The translations under genes and the position numbers were made by a program. From Massalongia carnosa (lineage: Eukaryota): 64,000 bases of DNA. The notes under the pieces are model-generated. The model was not told where the DNA came from and ran no database searches. It saw only the letters and a program-made list of their open reading frames with translations. Of this stretch, positions 47,061 to 59,113 are shown in pieces. The stretch covers positions 744,001 to 808,000 of the forward strand of contig OZ287076.1 of assembly GCA_965645245.1 (NCBI GenBank), in the 5' to 3' direction. Numbering within the stretch: position 1 is the first letter of the stretch; every line of letters starts with the position of its first letter.

Positions 47061-47993
47061 TATGTCATTGAATTGAGCATTCGAATGATGTTATTGTGTT
47101 TACATTCGGAAAGCCTAAGACAAATCGACTGCATTTATTTCAATCGATTGAATAACTTCATTAAAGACCCTTTCTCCCTGTTCACCGTTCCTTCCCCTTC
47201 CTTCATCATCTTGTCCTCCGCGTCCTTGCCCCCGCCTCCAAAACTCATTCAACGTCTCCTTCACATATTCGAACCCGAATAACACTCGTTGAATAGAATT
47301 ATGAGCCTCCTTTTGAGCTTTCTTTGATTGTAAACGCATCGCTATTATAGAACACCGATTAAATGATCCATATTTTTCGTTTAGCATATAAATGAGAAGA
47401 GCAAGACTCAAGATGATAGTAGGATGATAATGATTGGTTAATTTGTATGCAGATGGAGGATGAATGCACAAGCAAGTAAAAATTTGTCAGCTCCGAAACG
47501 AATAAATCATGAGTTTATAAGTCAATACTTCGTAAACAGATTTACTTTACGTAACAGAGAGTAGAAGGAGTTGCCCGAGTCCATTTATTATCATAACTAG
47601 GTTCGATTCCCAGTTAGCGCTGGCCCAGTGGTGGAGTGCTAGTTTGATATGGGCGCTGTGGGTATGGCAGTTTGACAAAAGAGAGAAAAAAGCCTTGATC
47701 TAGCTAAGTGGTTTTATTTTGCTTGAGCTAGTCGCTAGTGATATTATTAGTGAAGGGTGCACGGCGGGCGGGTAAACGGGTAACTTAGTTAAGCACCCTT
47801 GGTTAATAAAAACCCAACCTCATCGAAAAACTTCGATTTGCTATTTGCTTCTTGACAAATCCCGGCCACCAAATTCAACATCAGCCACAACATTATTTCT
47901 CCGATATGTACTTGGTAGTTCTCACTGCCGAATCTAGCATCATGCAACATTGCATTCCACCTTATCTAAACATTCTTCGATTTTACGATCGCA

Positions 47994-50522
47994 ATGAATT
48001 TAGGTGAAATAAGCTTGAGAACCGTCAATGGTAAGCAAATCTATGACACATTGTCACAAGTATCGTCTTAACGCCCCTGTTCTATAGCCAGTAGACCACA
48101 ACTCGTTCATGCTAGTTCAAAGCAATCTGTTACAGCTTCAGATGACTACTATTCACTGGTATCCGACGATTCGAGCACTGATGACCATACCACCATCCGA
48201 TACCAAACGCCTCCTTCTCACTTGCGATCCGCTGCGTCGAGTCGAGATCTCTTACAGCCAGAAGCTACAGCCCCTTCACCCAAACCGGTCAACTCATCAC
48301 CACTTGGTCATGCCTCCAATTCTACCGTCGTCAAATTCACCGCGACCTCTACGGTCAAGGGAAAATCATCATCCGGAGAACGTTCCCGTACCCAGAAGGC
48401 AGCCGACAGCGATATTAGCCCAGCAACTCCGGGTCTCGATGATACGCCATACATCCGGTTTGCAATAGATCAGTTGACCCGGGATGAGGAGCTACCCGAC
48501 ATCAGAAAACAAGGCGCACCGAGTGAAGATTCGTATCCTGTTGAAAGAATCGTTCCAGACGAGGGCTTGGGGTATTACGGGCATAGTCAACGTTCAACGC
48601 GCCATGAGAGACAGCCGTCTGATCCTACCATCGGTAAGCTGACAACCATTCCAAGCTCGTGTGATATCCTAACATGATGCATAGCCCTCGATGATGTCTT
48701 TATCCCAGTCGAGCCTCCTACGGACTTGTCTCATCATTCAAAACTTAATTGCGTACCAGGAGCTCTCCGACCTCTATCCCTAATGGCGCTCATTTTATGC
48801 TGTCTTCTCATGATTGCAGCCCTAATATTCTGCAACATTCGATCATCACAACACAGCGGCCTCTTGAAATACGATGGTGTTGGTAGTAGCCGATATTTTC
48901 TCTTTCAATTCCTCCCACAGATTCTTGCGATGATCATTATCCTATGGCTTCTAATTATTCAACGTGCAATTCAGCGAATACTCCCTTTCAGCATTCTTTC
49001 AGCAGGTCATGATACTCCAAATTCTAATGTTTTTAATGACGCAGCGTTATTTCCAACTAATCCTTTGATACCCAATCTTGCATGTTTCAAGCTCGGAGAA
49101 CCTATGTTAGGCTTATGCCACTTGGTTTTTTGGCTTTCTTTATTTACAGTTCCTTTACAAAGTGCTCTTTTCCAAACTCGATATTACGCAGAAGGGCAGG
49201 CTGTTTGGCGGTGGACAGCCGTCCGCCCGGTGGGATGGACATTGCTTGTATTATATGTTCTATTAGCACTCGCCCTTATGCTTTTGCTACTCCGATTTCT
49301 ACTCCATCAAACCGGTCTAAAATGGGACCCTGTATCCCTTGCGGACATCTTTGCGCTGTTTAGCCGATCGAATATCCTTTACGACTTTGAAGGCTCGGAG
49401 ATCCCTAGCTCAAAGGATGGGCCACAAGCCGCGAAAACTTATAGGCTAGGGTATTGGACGACTTCAAAGCGACCCAGCGAGGTATTTTATGCCATTGGGG
49501 AAGAAAACGCGCGTGTGCGGCGATATTCATCGGAAGAGGGCAAGATGAAGGCCAACGCGTATGCGGGTCATAACATCGATCTCGAAGGCCAACGACCTGT
49601 GAAGACGGTCACCTCGGAATCTCTGCATACGAACATACACTCTCCAAATCTAAGGTACCGCTGGGTGCCCTGGTTTCTCAAAGATACCTTTGTTGTAGCT
49701 TGGATCGTCATAGCCATTATCCTTACCCTCGCTTTTGTCATCATCAGTTTCGTCAACCAAGCCGTCCAAAAAGGCTTCCTCCCGCTTCTCCCCGCCCCAA
49801 CAACCCCGCTAGGCTTCTCGCCCGCCAACTTCCTCTACAGCTTCGTGCCTTCCCTGATCGGCATGCTCCTCTTTCTTCTTTGGCAGCCCATTGACACCTA
49901 CCACCGCGCATTGATGCCGTTTGCGAATCTGGCCATCCCCGGTGGTGCCACGGCGGAGCACTCTCTCCTCCTTGATTACAATGCCAGCCTCCCCTTTGCG
50001 GTCAGCGTCAAAGCGGCCCTGGTGCAACACTACAAAGTCGCCTGGATCTCCCTCGTTGGCATCATCTCCGCCACCATCCCCGTCCTGGCCGGCGGCGTCT
50101 TCACCGCCCTCTTCTTCCTCGACACGCAAGACGTCCGCATTGCTGCTTGCATGCCAGCTTACATTGCCCTAGTCGTCTTCGTCACCATTTACGCCCTCTC
50201 CTTTCTCGTCATCTGGCCCGGCCGGAAACGCCACCTGCCCCACGACATCCGCACTCTGGGCCAGCTGCTAGGCTTCTTCTACGCAAGCCCGCTTTTGGCT
50301 GACGCTGCGTTCTGTGATCCGGTCTGCAGAGTTGATCTGGTGACAAAGTTGCTGAGTGGTGGTGGTGCATCTGCGGGCGAGGGCGAGAAGGCAAGCCAGA
50401 CGAGGTACGCGTTTGGGCTTTTTAGAGGAAGGGACGCGGGAAGCGAATGTTTGGGAATCGATCGGTTAGTGAGGCCCGAGTCAGGGGACATGATTGTGGC
50501 GACGGGGAAGATGAAGAAATGA
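47994..50522 (+). CDS. Multi-pass membrane protein, DUF3433-like
   Basis: Three exons (MNLGEISLRTVN|ASRP...SDDYYSL; PGLDDTPYIRFAIDQLTRDEE; long hydrophobic exon with YFLFQFLP, TGLKWDPVSLADI, YRLGYW, LLLDY motifs). Confidence 0.8.
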
Positions 50523-50876
50523 TTTGTTCCTGACGTTTGGGTGGAGTGGGTTGGTCCTTTACTTTAAGCGTTTGCATGTGTGCCTGGGGTGTGGAGGAGT
50601 TTGACCCTGGAGGGTCCCATATGGATGTATGATCTACGGATAGAGATGATGGATCAGAGGCACCAACGTGTCTCTCATGAACCGACTGAGCTTACCTCAT
50701 CGGTCTAGCGGTGGATCGGGGTAGGGAGGTCGATAAATACCTATAGTGACACCTCTCAACCTACCACCCAAAAACTGCCGATTTAGATACTCAAAGAAAT
50801 TCATTCACCAAACGACTCTCCCCTATTCCATTCACCAAAACTACTGAAGAAAGCCAATCATCCATCTTGTAAATTG

Positions 50877-50877
<1 letters not shown>

Positions 50878-50910
<33 letters not shown>
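50878..50910. repeat. (CT)n microsatellite
   Basis: About 15 CT units. Confidence 0.95.
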
Positions 50911-50913
<3 letters not shown>

Positions 50914-51169
50914 AGATCATCATCGACAGAATACGAGTTTCTTTTTCATCTCAACTCCACCCCTCCCAACCCAGGCATGCAGAAAAAAGCAGGTAGGTCG
51001 GTAAATATATAGATCAAAGCGGCAAAGCAAACAAAGCGTGGATGAAAGCCTCTTTCCCCCCGATGTTATCCCTTCCTCCTTGTGCCATGGTCATCCATCC
51101 ATCCCCATTCCAGAACAAAACCAAAGCCCATCACATCACACTCCCCCCTTTCCGCCTCCATCCTCACCA

Positions 51170-52876
51170 TCATCCCGCAGCCGCTTCCGCCTTCCCATCT
51201 CCCTGAGCCCCTCGCGCTCGCTCCTCAAGTAACAGCGCGCCCGGACGACTAAATTCCCGCCTCATCGCCACCCCATCAATCTCCTCTCCCTCCCAAGCCA
51301 ACTTCACCGCTTCCTCGCTCTCATTCCCCGCCCCAGCTGCCGCCTTGCCAGGCCACCCGTTCTTAAAGCCACTGCCGCTCCTGCTGATACCAGAGCCAAC
51401 AAGCTTGCCGGATGAATGGAAGTGGTTATAGATGGAGGTGAACCGAGCGCGGACTGCGGGGATGCAGTGGCGCAGGAATTTGGGCGTGATGGGCAGGCAG
51501 CCGCAGAGGATGCCGGTGGCGACTTCGGCGTCTCTGTATGTGGAGAAGGGGTAGGGGCGTTAGTTGGGGGAATAAGTGGTGAATACGTCAAAGGGACGAG
51601 GGAGAAATGGAAAGAAGACAAAAAAAGGGGGGGAAGGAAACACATACGACCAGAGAGCCAATGGGACGACGGCGTAAGTGAGGTCTTTGGCGTGGATGAG
51701 CTTGATGCTGAAGACGAGGCGCATGATGCTCGCGACGCAGGCACTGTTTTGAGCCGAGGGAAAAGGGGGTTTTCGTCAGCATTCTTGCAAGCGTTGATCG
51801 CCTCGGAAAAGACGAGGAGAGAGAGAACAGCGTTTCGAAACGCCTCTAGTCCGTTTTTCTTCTTCTGCGCACCCGAACCCCGCAAAACAAGAAACTCACA
51901 ACACGCCAGCGGCGAACACAGCCGAAACCGCTATCTTCCTTCCCCATGGCATCTGCAGCTTCGCCACGCACCAAAGCGGCAGCATCAAAATCGTGACGTC
52001 CGAAAGAACGTTGATGCCCGCCGCGGCAGTGATGGAGGCAGCGGTATTCAGACAGTGCCCAGTGGTAGACGGGATCCAAATCTTGCGGCGTGGATTACAA
52101 GCAAATAGGCCGACAAAGAAATTTATGATATAATAGAGCAGATTCAGCCAGATGAGGGCATGGATGAGGTACCAGCGCGCCCCCACACCTTTAAAGGTTA
52201 TGGAGGACGGGCGATGGGGAACGAAGATTCGCAGGTATTGGAGGAGGATTGAGAGTTTCGTCACGAAGATTAAGGGGGCATAGAAGGCTTCTTTAGCGTT
52301 GACGGCCTGTCGTGAAGGCGGTTAGAATTAAAAGGGGAGGTAGAAACTTATGAAAGGGGTGTTGAGGTGGAAGGCTATAGAGGTGTTTACCTGGCCAAGA
52401 AGCATGACGTGCTCGGCTGGAACGTTCCACTGATGAACGCCAGCACCGTACCTGAAAGCTACGAAACCGAATCCGAAGTAACCAATCAAGCCGAGCTTTC
52501 AGAAATTGGGGTTTTCAGTTTCTTAAAGTCATCAAAGTAGTGATAGAGGCTAGGTTGTAAAATAGGAAGAACCATACCCATGCTACATATGAGGTATCTA
52601 AATTTTCTATCAGCGAAAAGTTGAACGCGGCTAGAGACTCTTCAGAACGGATTTCAATGCCATATCATACGTACAATCCTCCCATTCGTGGGCTTTGATA
52701 ATGATTATTTTCGTATATAGACGCATAGATATGAATATCGTGGTGATGGTTACACACATGACGAAAGTAAGGATGAAGTATCCACGCAGCGAGTACGGGT
52801 CCACAAAATTTGGCGTGACCCCGGAAGGTGGTCGTAGACCCCCGATTATCCGATGCTCAGCAGGCCGGTCATCCAT
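51170..52876 (-). CDS. PTH11-like (fungal rhodopsin-domain) integral membrane protein without CFEM
   Basis: PPSGVTPNFVDP, MRLYTK..WED, YGAGVHQWNV, TKLSILLQYLRIF, CNPRRKIW, SDVTILMLP, ACVASIMRL, AEVATGILCGCLP across five introns. Confidence 0.88.
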
Positions 52877-54122
52877 GAGTATTCCCCAGCGAAAACTGAA
52901 CCTGTACTAAAGAGTCCGCAAAGGTTGACCCGTTATATTTCTTGACAATATCAAACAGAAGACAGTGAATATCTGTTCAACTGCAATCAAGCATCAGAGA
53001 AAGGTTCCAATTTTTGCCTGGAGAAAAAGTCCTCTGATGATAGTGGTTCAACGATTCACGCAGAGTAAACTCAAGTCACACAATAATATTGTCCCTCGAA
53101 AAAGAGAAGGTTCAAGCTGTAATATACTCTCCCATTCTCCACACACCGATCGTAGAAACTTGTGCCCCTTCTTCTCTATGTAGATGTGCAGAGGGGGCAC
53201 AGGCTTGGTGCGACAGCACTTTGTAAGTAATCTAATGAACTATCGATTTCATTTTCATAACATTACTATGAGAAGAACGCGAATCATTGAAAGCGGCAAC
53301 CTCTAAAGAATTTTGAAATTTAGTAAACTTGAGTTCAATGGAGGCAATGAGAGGAGGAAAGAAGAATTAGTGCATAGCTCCAGCAATGTGCGTTGACATC
53401 ATGGTCGTCTCTTTGTGTTAAACCAACAATCTTTTCTGGTGCTGAAGAGAAAGAAAAACAAGGTGCTGCGGTGAGATGAAGAACCGTAATGACTTTGAAA
53501 GCGATTGAGGAATAAAGTTTACTTGTTGAGCTGCATGAATCCGTACAAGATTTCAGCCGTTAATCAAAATGAACCAATCGCTACCTACCATAGGCGTTGG
53601 CCCCGTGTGCTAACATTGGCGATTGCTGACAATAGTCTATAGCGAACTCTGCAAGAAACACCATATTAAAGATCTCATCCTCCAGGCGCTCACCGAATAT
53701 CCTGTCAATCCAATCATCGGGCCGTCCTACCACACTCAAGAGTTGGTGGTGTTAACGTTGTATCTTGGGCGATTGCAGGAATTCTTTACTAGGAAGGAAG
53801 GATTTCACAATAACATAGTCTGTACAACCAAGGTGTAAAAAATGTGCGATTGCATCATTGTCCAATCTTCCCAACTGGGTAGAATATCTTGAGAAGTTTG
53901 AATCCAAATCCTATTGCTCCGAAAGCGAAATTTCCCGAGAACTGGATAGCACATGTATCTGTTAACGAGTATTTATTGAGAATGATATCGCGTAGAGAGA
54001 ATGAATCACGCCTAGGAGTTCATCTCATGAGAGGAGAAGGTGAGCCGAGAACTTCCAATCAACCGATCAGGTGACTAAGCTCGTGCAAAGTCAGCGGATT
54101 AATCGGTGTTCACATTAGTTTA

Positions 54123-54639
54123 GGGTCTGTTCGGTAACATTAAGGCCCCGTTCGGTAACCTCCTTATTGTCAATAAGGAGCCTCCTTCTTGAAAAGATGG
54201 AACCTCCTTATAATGAAAAAGGCCTTCCGTTCGGTTCGGCCTCCTCCTTAATTTTTAAGGAGTCTCCTTCGCGGCAAGTTCTATAATTGGTATATTGCAA
54301 AGGGTCTGCAGGGATTGTTGCAGGGGGCCAAAAGAAGGTGGTCGCGAGGTCCTTTTTTTATTAAGGAGGGTTCTATTTGCCTCTGTATTCGACGATTGTA
54401 TGTCTTTTAAATATGGAACACTACTTGCAGCGACGATCGCAAACAACGACGGTTATCAATTTAATCTTGATGAGAATTGTTCCCAATCTAATTCTGACTA
54501 CTCAGCATGAGTCGAATAGAGGCAAAGAATATACGACGAGTTTACTTACTTGTATAGCTTCTTATTGTAGCCGCGAATAAGACGCTATAAACACACGGAC
54601 ACCAGCTTATTCAAAGGTGTAAAATTACCGAACAGACCC
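54123..54639. mobile_element. Tourist-like (PIF/Harbinger) MITE, copy 2, with an extra outer TIR
   Basis: Body 54144-54639 aligns with 14304-14818; preceded by GGGTCTGTTCGGTAACATTAA; whole unit flanked by TTA (54120-54122, 54640-54642). Confidence 0.9.
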
Positions 54640-55374
54640 TTAGTGGCGCTATGCGTGATCGGTACTTATGTACCTCAGTTGCGGCGGCTGGCGCAGTGTC
54701 GTTCATATCCCTAAGAGGTTAGTAATTAATAGTGGTCATACTTCAACACTCAAGTAGATAATGCTATGATCTGATCTTTGCCCTCTCTAATGAATCTGAA
54801 TATCATCTGGCTTATCGCTCTCGCTGAACAATAAAAAGCGATGTCAATATCTTTCAAGTTAATATGACAGTATTAACTTCGACATTACATCCTTATCACA
54901 AATTTATATTATTCCTCACAAGGTTATTGTCTGACCACATTCGTACTAATAGAAGGATTAGGGTTTGTCCGACTAAGGCGGAGAAAAAGGCATCTAAATA
55001 ATAAGAAGGCGAAAGAAGGAATATTCCATTTCTGTTTCGGTGAGAGTTGGGTAATGGGCGACTACATACTTTAAGGGACTATTGTACAAGAAATTCTTCG
55101 ATCAAGCGTCGATTAGAGGCACAGCACTCTGTACGGAGTAAATTTTTTAAGGTCTTGGGCGCCCCAAAATTCAAATTAAACATGGAGCATGCTTCTTCCA
55201 CTCGATTGTCAAGTTGGACAATACACCCGCTGACCGTAGGATATAATGCCTCTCGTCTACTACGGAGGTGGGAGGTTGACACGAAAAGTACTTGGATATG
55301 CTAATGGTATTAAGCTAACAGTAGATCAATACAGACTCACTCATACACAGTGCTCTGTACAAGTTTTGCAGTTA

Positions 55375-57227
55375 ACCGCACCCGCTCCAGGTGCGGCTCA
55401 CCTCCATGACGCTATCATCTCCATGACGCATTTCTCAAACTATTTACATTATATCCATTGATTGACCCTTTCAAAATGAAGCTATTCAAAATCAAAGGCT
55501 GACGTTCATCTATCCAGCTTTCGGCCTTTTTACCCACCAAGCCAAACCGTTTAGCTATCGCTTTTCCATAGAGAAATATTTTCTTTTGTCTAGCCGTCTC
55601 AGCACGCTTTTGACGACCCTCCTCCCTTTCCACCTCTTCTTGGGTACGATGTAGGTGATTGTGCTCACATCTCGAACGGTAACGATTCCTCCCTTCTGAA
55701 CAACGGTGCCAGCAAGCTTTTTTGGGGCCCTTTTAGCTAATGCAGCTGTATGTGTGGCTTGCAAGTCGCGTTGCGTCAATTCTAGCAAATTAGCGTTTGC
55801 AACCGACCCTTTGATAAAACGTCGCATTCTTTCTGGAGTAATTTCTTCATTATTATTCAATCGTTGAATAATGTTTTTCCCTTCCTTAGCAACGCCTTTG
55901 GGCTTTTTGGGGGTATGAGGTAGGATTATTGTCTCCGAAGATATTGGTAGTGGTGGTAATGCCGGATTTAAAGCACGAATTTTGGTCAAGACTACCTCCG
56001 GATTGTAAGGTATCAACCCAGTTTTTTCCCAGGCTGATTTGAATGCCTTTGTACGAAATTGATTGAATGCGGCCAGAAAATCCAGACGATTGAAGTCAAC
56101 GTCACCCAACCGAATGGCGTTGTCAACCGCTTCAGCATGATAATGTTTCATTGGCTGAAAAACACCAACGTCCAATGGCTGCGTCAAATGGGTTGAATGG
56201 GGGGGTAATCTGAATAAACAGATCTTATTTTCTTTCGAATATTCCCAAAATTCATACGTTAGATGAGATCCATATCCATCCAACAAAAGAAGCCTAAACG
56301 CTCCTTTTTGAACCTTTTTTGAATGAGCATTAAAATGCTTTAACCACTCTAATGCTAGAAAATCATTCGAATAGCCGCTATCGCTTGTATTCAACACGAT
56401 ATCATCTTTCAAATCATTCTCTAAGGCCCATTTGTGAAGTATGTTGACCCCTTTCAAATCAAAAAGGATAGAACGCTTCCGCCAACTCCATTGATGCATT
56501 CGACCGAAGTTATATAGTCTCGATTGTCTGGATCAGCGATCATAACTCGTTTATGTGATGATAGTGTCACCAAATGGGTTACCCCACAGCCAACTCGAAA
56601 GCCTGTCTCATCCATATTCCATATATCATCTAGAGTTATACCAAGGAGGGCTACAGTCGATTGAAATGAAGAGAAATAAGTTTGAATATCCGTAATATTG
56701 TGAGCGTTTTTCCTTTCGGCTGCTAATGGCTTGCCTTTTTGCATGAAAAATTGGGGATTTCTTTTCAAGAATCGTCCGGTCCAGCATTTTCCAACGCGGG
56801 TGAGAGAAGATGAAGACGAGGAAGGATGTTGCAATTGCAACAAATAATTAGCTGCACCGCGAATCAATGGCAATCTCATTGATAATTCAATATCATCAAG
56901 AAATTCAATATACTCCTTCAGGGCTAGTTCTAGTGCAGCAGACAGCCTCATATTGACTGCTTTTCGCTTGCTATATCCATGTAGTCTTCTTTGAAATAGA
57001 CGAGGTGAAATATCGAATTCTTTGGCACAGGCTGCGGCTGATTTGTATGTGTTCTTTGCAAATGCATCTAAGGCCTTTGCAATGTTAGCCTCTCGTTTCT
57101 TGTACGAATCAGACATGATGTGGTTGAATAATAAATGGTTGATGATAGATGATAGCGTCATAGAGGTGAACCGCACCTGGAGCGTAGCTCCGGGTGCGGT
57201 CCATCGAATTTACCTCAGTCGCACGGT
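55375..57227 (-). mobile_element. Fot1/pogo DNA transposon, defective copy
   Basis: Inverted termini sharing CGCTCCAGGTGCGG(C/T)TCACCTC(C/T)ATGACGCTATCATCT, TA at both flanks (55373-55374, 57228-57229), split transposase ORF. Confidence 0.9.
55555..57116 (-). pseudogene. Frameshifted Fot1/pogo transposase (DD35D type)
   Basis: IWNMDETGFRVG in ORF 56454-57176; LLLLDGYGSH and THLTQPLDVGVFQP in ORF 55555-56499; frame break near 56460 (VLSFLI / LKGVNIL) and a further break near the C-terminus. Confidence 0.88.
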
Positions 57228-59113
57228 TAATCAAAATTATACAAAGTTTTTTCTAAAACAAATAATGTCGCATTGACTTGGTTTTCAGATTGAAAACAAG
57301 TTACATTGTAAAAATAATAATGATGTTCTTCGGATGTTAAGGTTTAACTAGTGTCTGTCTGCACGCTAACAAGGACTTTAGAGTAGGTACTGTACCTAAA
57401 AGGGGAATGAAGATCTCCCGTAAGATTTTCAGGGGCCGCTGTCTCCGAGGGACTTTAATACCTTTGTTGGTAGTACCTAAATTACCGCAACAGCCACGAA
57501 CGTTTTCTCAGCCTCGCACGTTTTGCCTTACAAACCTGTAGACTGTCAAGATTTTGTCCAGGCGTGTCGTGGATAGAATTGCAATTGCGGTCATCATCCA
57601 TTCTGTAACAGGAGTGGTAATAAGTCACCTAAGCCACTGAGCCAAAAGGCTACTATGGTAGTTCTCCTATGGAGACACTACCGCTTATTACAATACATAT
57701 AGGTGCCCCGCGCCTGGTACGTCACCGTACCTACTTAGGCGCTCATGTATTGCGCCCGCTGGCTAGCAGTACTGAGTACCGCTGTATCACATTCAAAGGA
57801 ACACAATCATTCAATAGTTAATCCAATAGTTAATACAAATCCAAGGTATGATCCAGCAGCATAATTAGCTAACTTTCATTTCAAAACCTCGTTCTGATGC
57901 TTCTTCTGTCCATTTCCCAATCCAGTTTTAGGCGGCACTGGACCTTCAGTTATTCGTCTGTGCTTTTGCTTTTCGTGCCTGAGGGGGCATTCTAAAATAG
58001 CAGCCAACATGACTCTAACAGGAACATCCTTGCAACCCTTAGGGACCCTTGCTTGCATTCTTGGTACGATTGGCTCGTTAAAATTTGATGTCTTGGCCTG
58101 TTTCGGATATCTGATCCAGTCATCTGCTTGATCGTCTAGGCGGATCGGTTGATTGGGCAATCACGCAAGCGCTACCTCATCGAAGAAGCCCTAACCTTTT
58201 GTTCCATCTTCGTTTTTCTTCTACGAACGATCCAATCAAACGGCTGGAAAAGAACCAACCCGACGTTGCGATTGGTAAATCAAGTAGGTAATAGCGATAA
58301 TGATGGAAGTGCAAGGGATGTCTGTATTCCGTATCTCAGTACGGCCAAATGCCGGTAGTCTAGGAGATGAACAGCTGTGGTGGTGGGAGACGGCAAAGTT
58401 GTACGTAGGGATATCGGGATCTCGGCACGAAAGAAAGGGCTGCAGACTGATACAGTAAAAGTCCAAGGTATGGGAGTACTCCGCATTGACGGCACACGCC
58501 GTCTCTCATCCTTTATGTACGCGTGCAGCGCCCAGGCTTTTCTTTCCCTCATCTTTCTTGCTCTGCTGACTGCTGTTGTCTTGGTTACCTTCTGGTCGCA
58601 TAGAACCACCAAGCACTTACATATATACGCTCTTTTCGGGATATAAACACATTCTCTTGTTCGATTGCCGCTCTTTCCATTCCTTGATCTCTTTGCTTGC
58701 TGCTCCAACCATTTACAAAAATTGTAATCAGGGTGCTACATTCTTCATAAATCATTCAACGCTCATGTGCCTCGTTTGCTAGAGGCCTACGACGCAGAAT
58801 TGCATAATTTCAAGCGCTTTGTAAGTATGTGTATGCCTGAAATATCGTTGGGTTGGTGGACGAGAATATGTGAATGATTGCGTGGTGGAGCGATGCAAGT
58901 GAATCGACAATGGGGCTGTCATGTCCGGTTTAGCTCTCGCTGAGTCGTACTTGCCGGAACGAGACGGTTACATGGGCTATTTAAGAGCAAACTGCTGATT
59001 TTTCAGCTCCGTTCTACATTCATCATCACGTTTCGTTCTATAGCCTCAGCATTCATTCCACACATTGATTGTTCGAACCGGTACGCTAACATACTTACAC
59101 AGACATTCACATT

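Noticed and set aside
47062..47471. Gene on minus strand right of the pogo element
   Set aside because: Short broken frame with no identifiable motif; at most a relic interrupted by the transposon.
47596..47660. tRNA gene
   Set aside because: T-arm-like motif has no upstream acceptor/D/anticodon arms; no cloverleaf can be built.
54958..54990. Another Harbinger-type TIR (TTA-GGGTTTGTCCGACT)
   Set aside because: No matching inverted partner found nearby.
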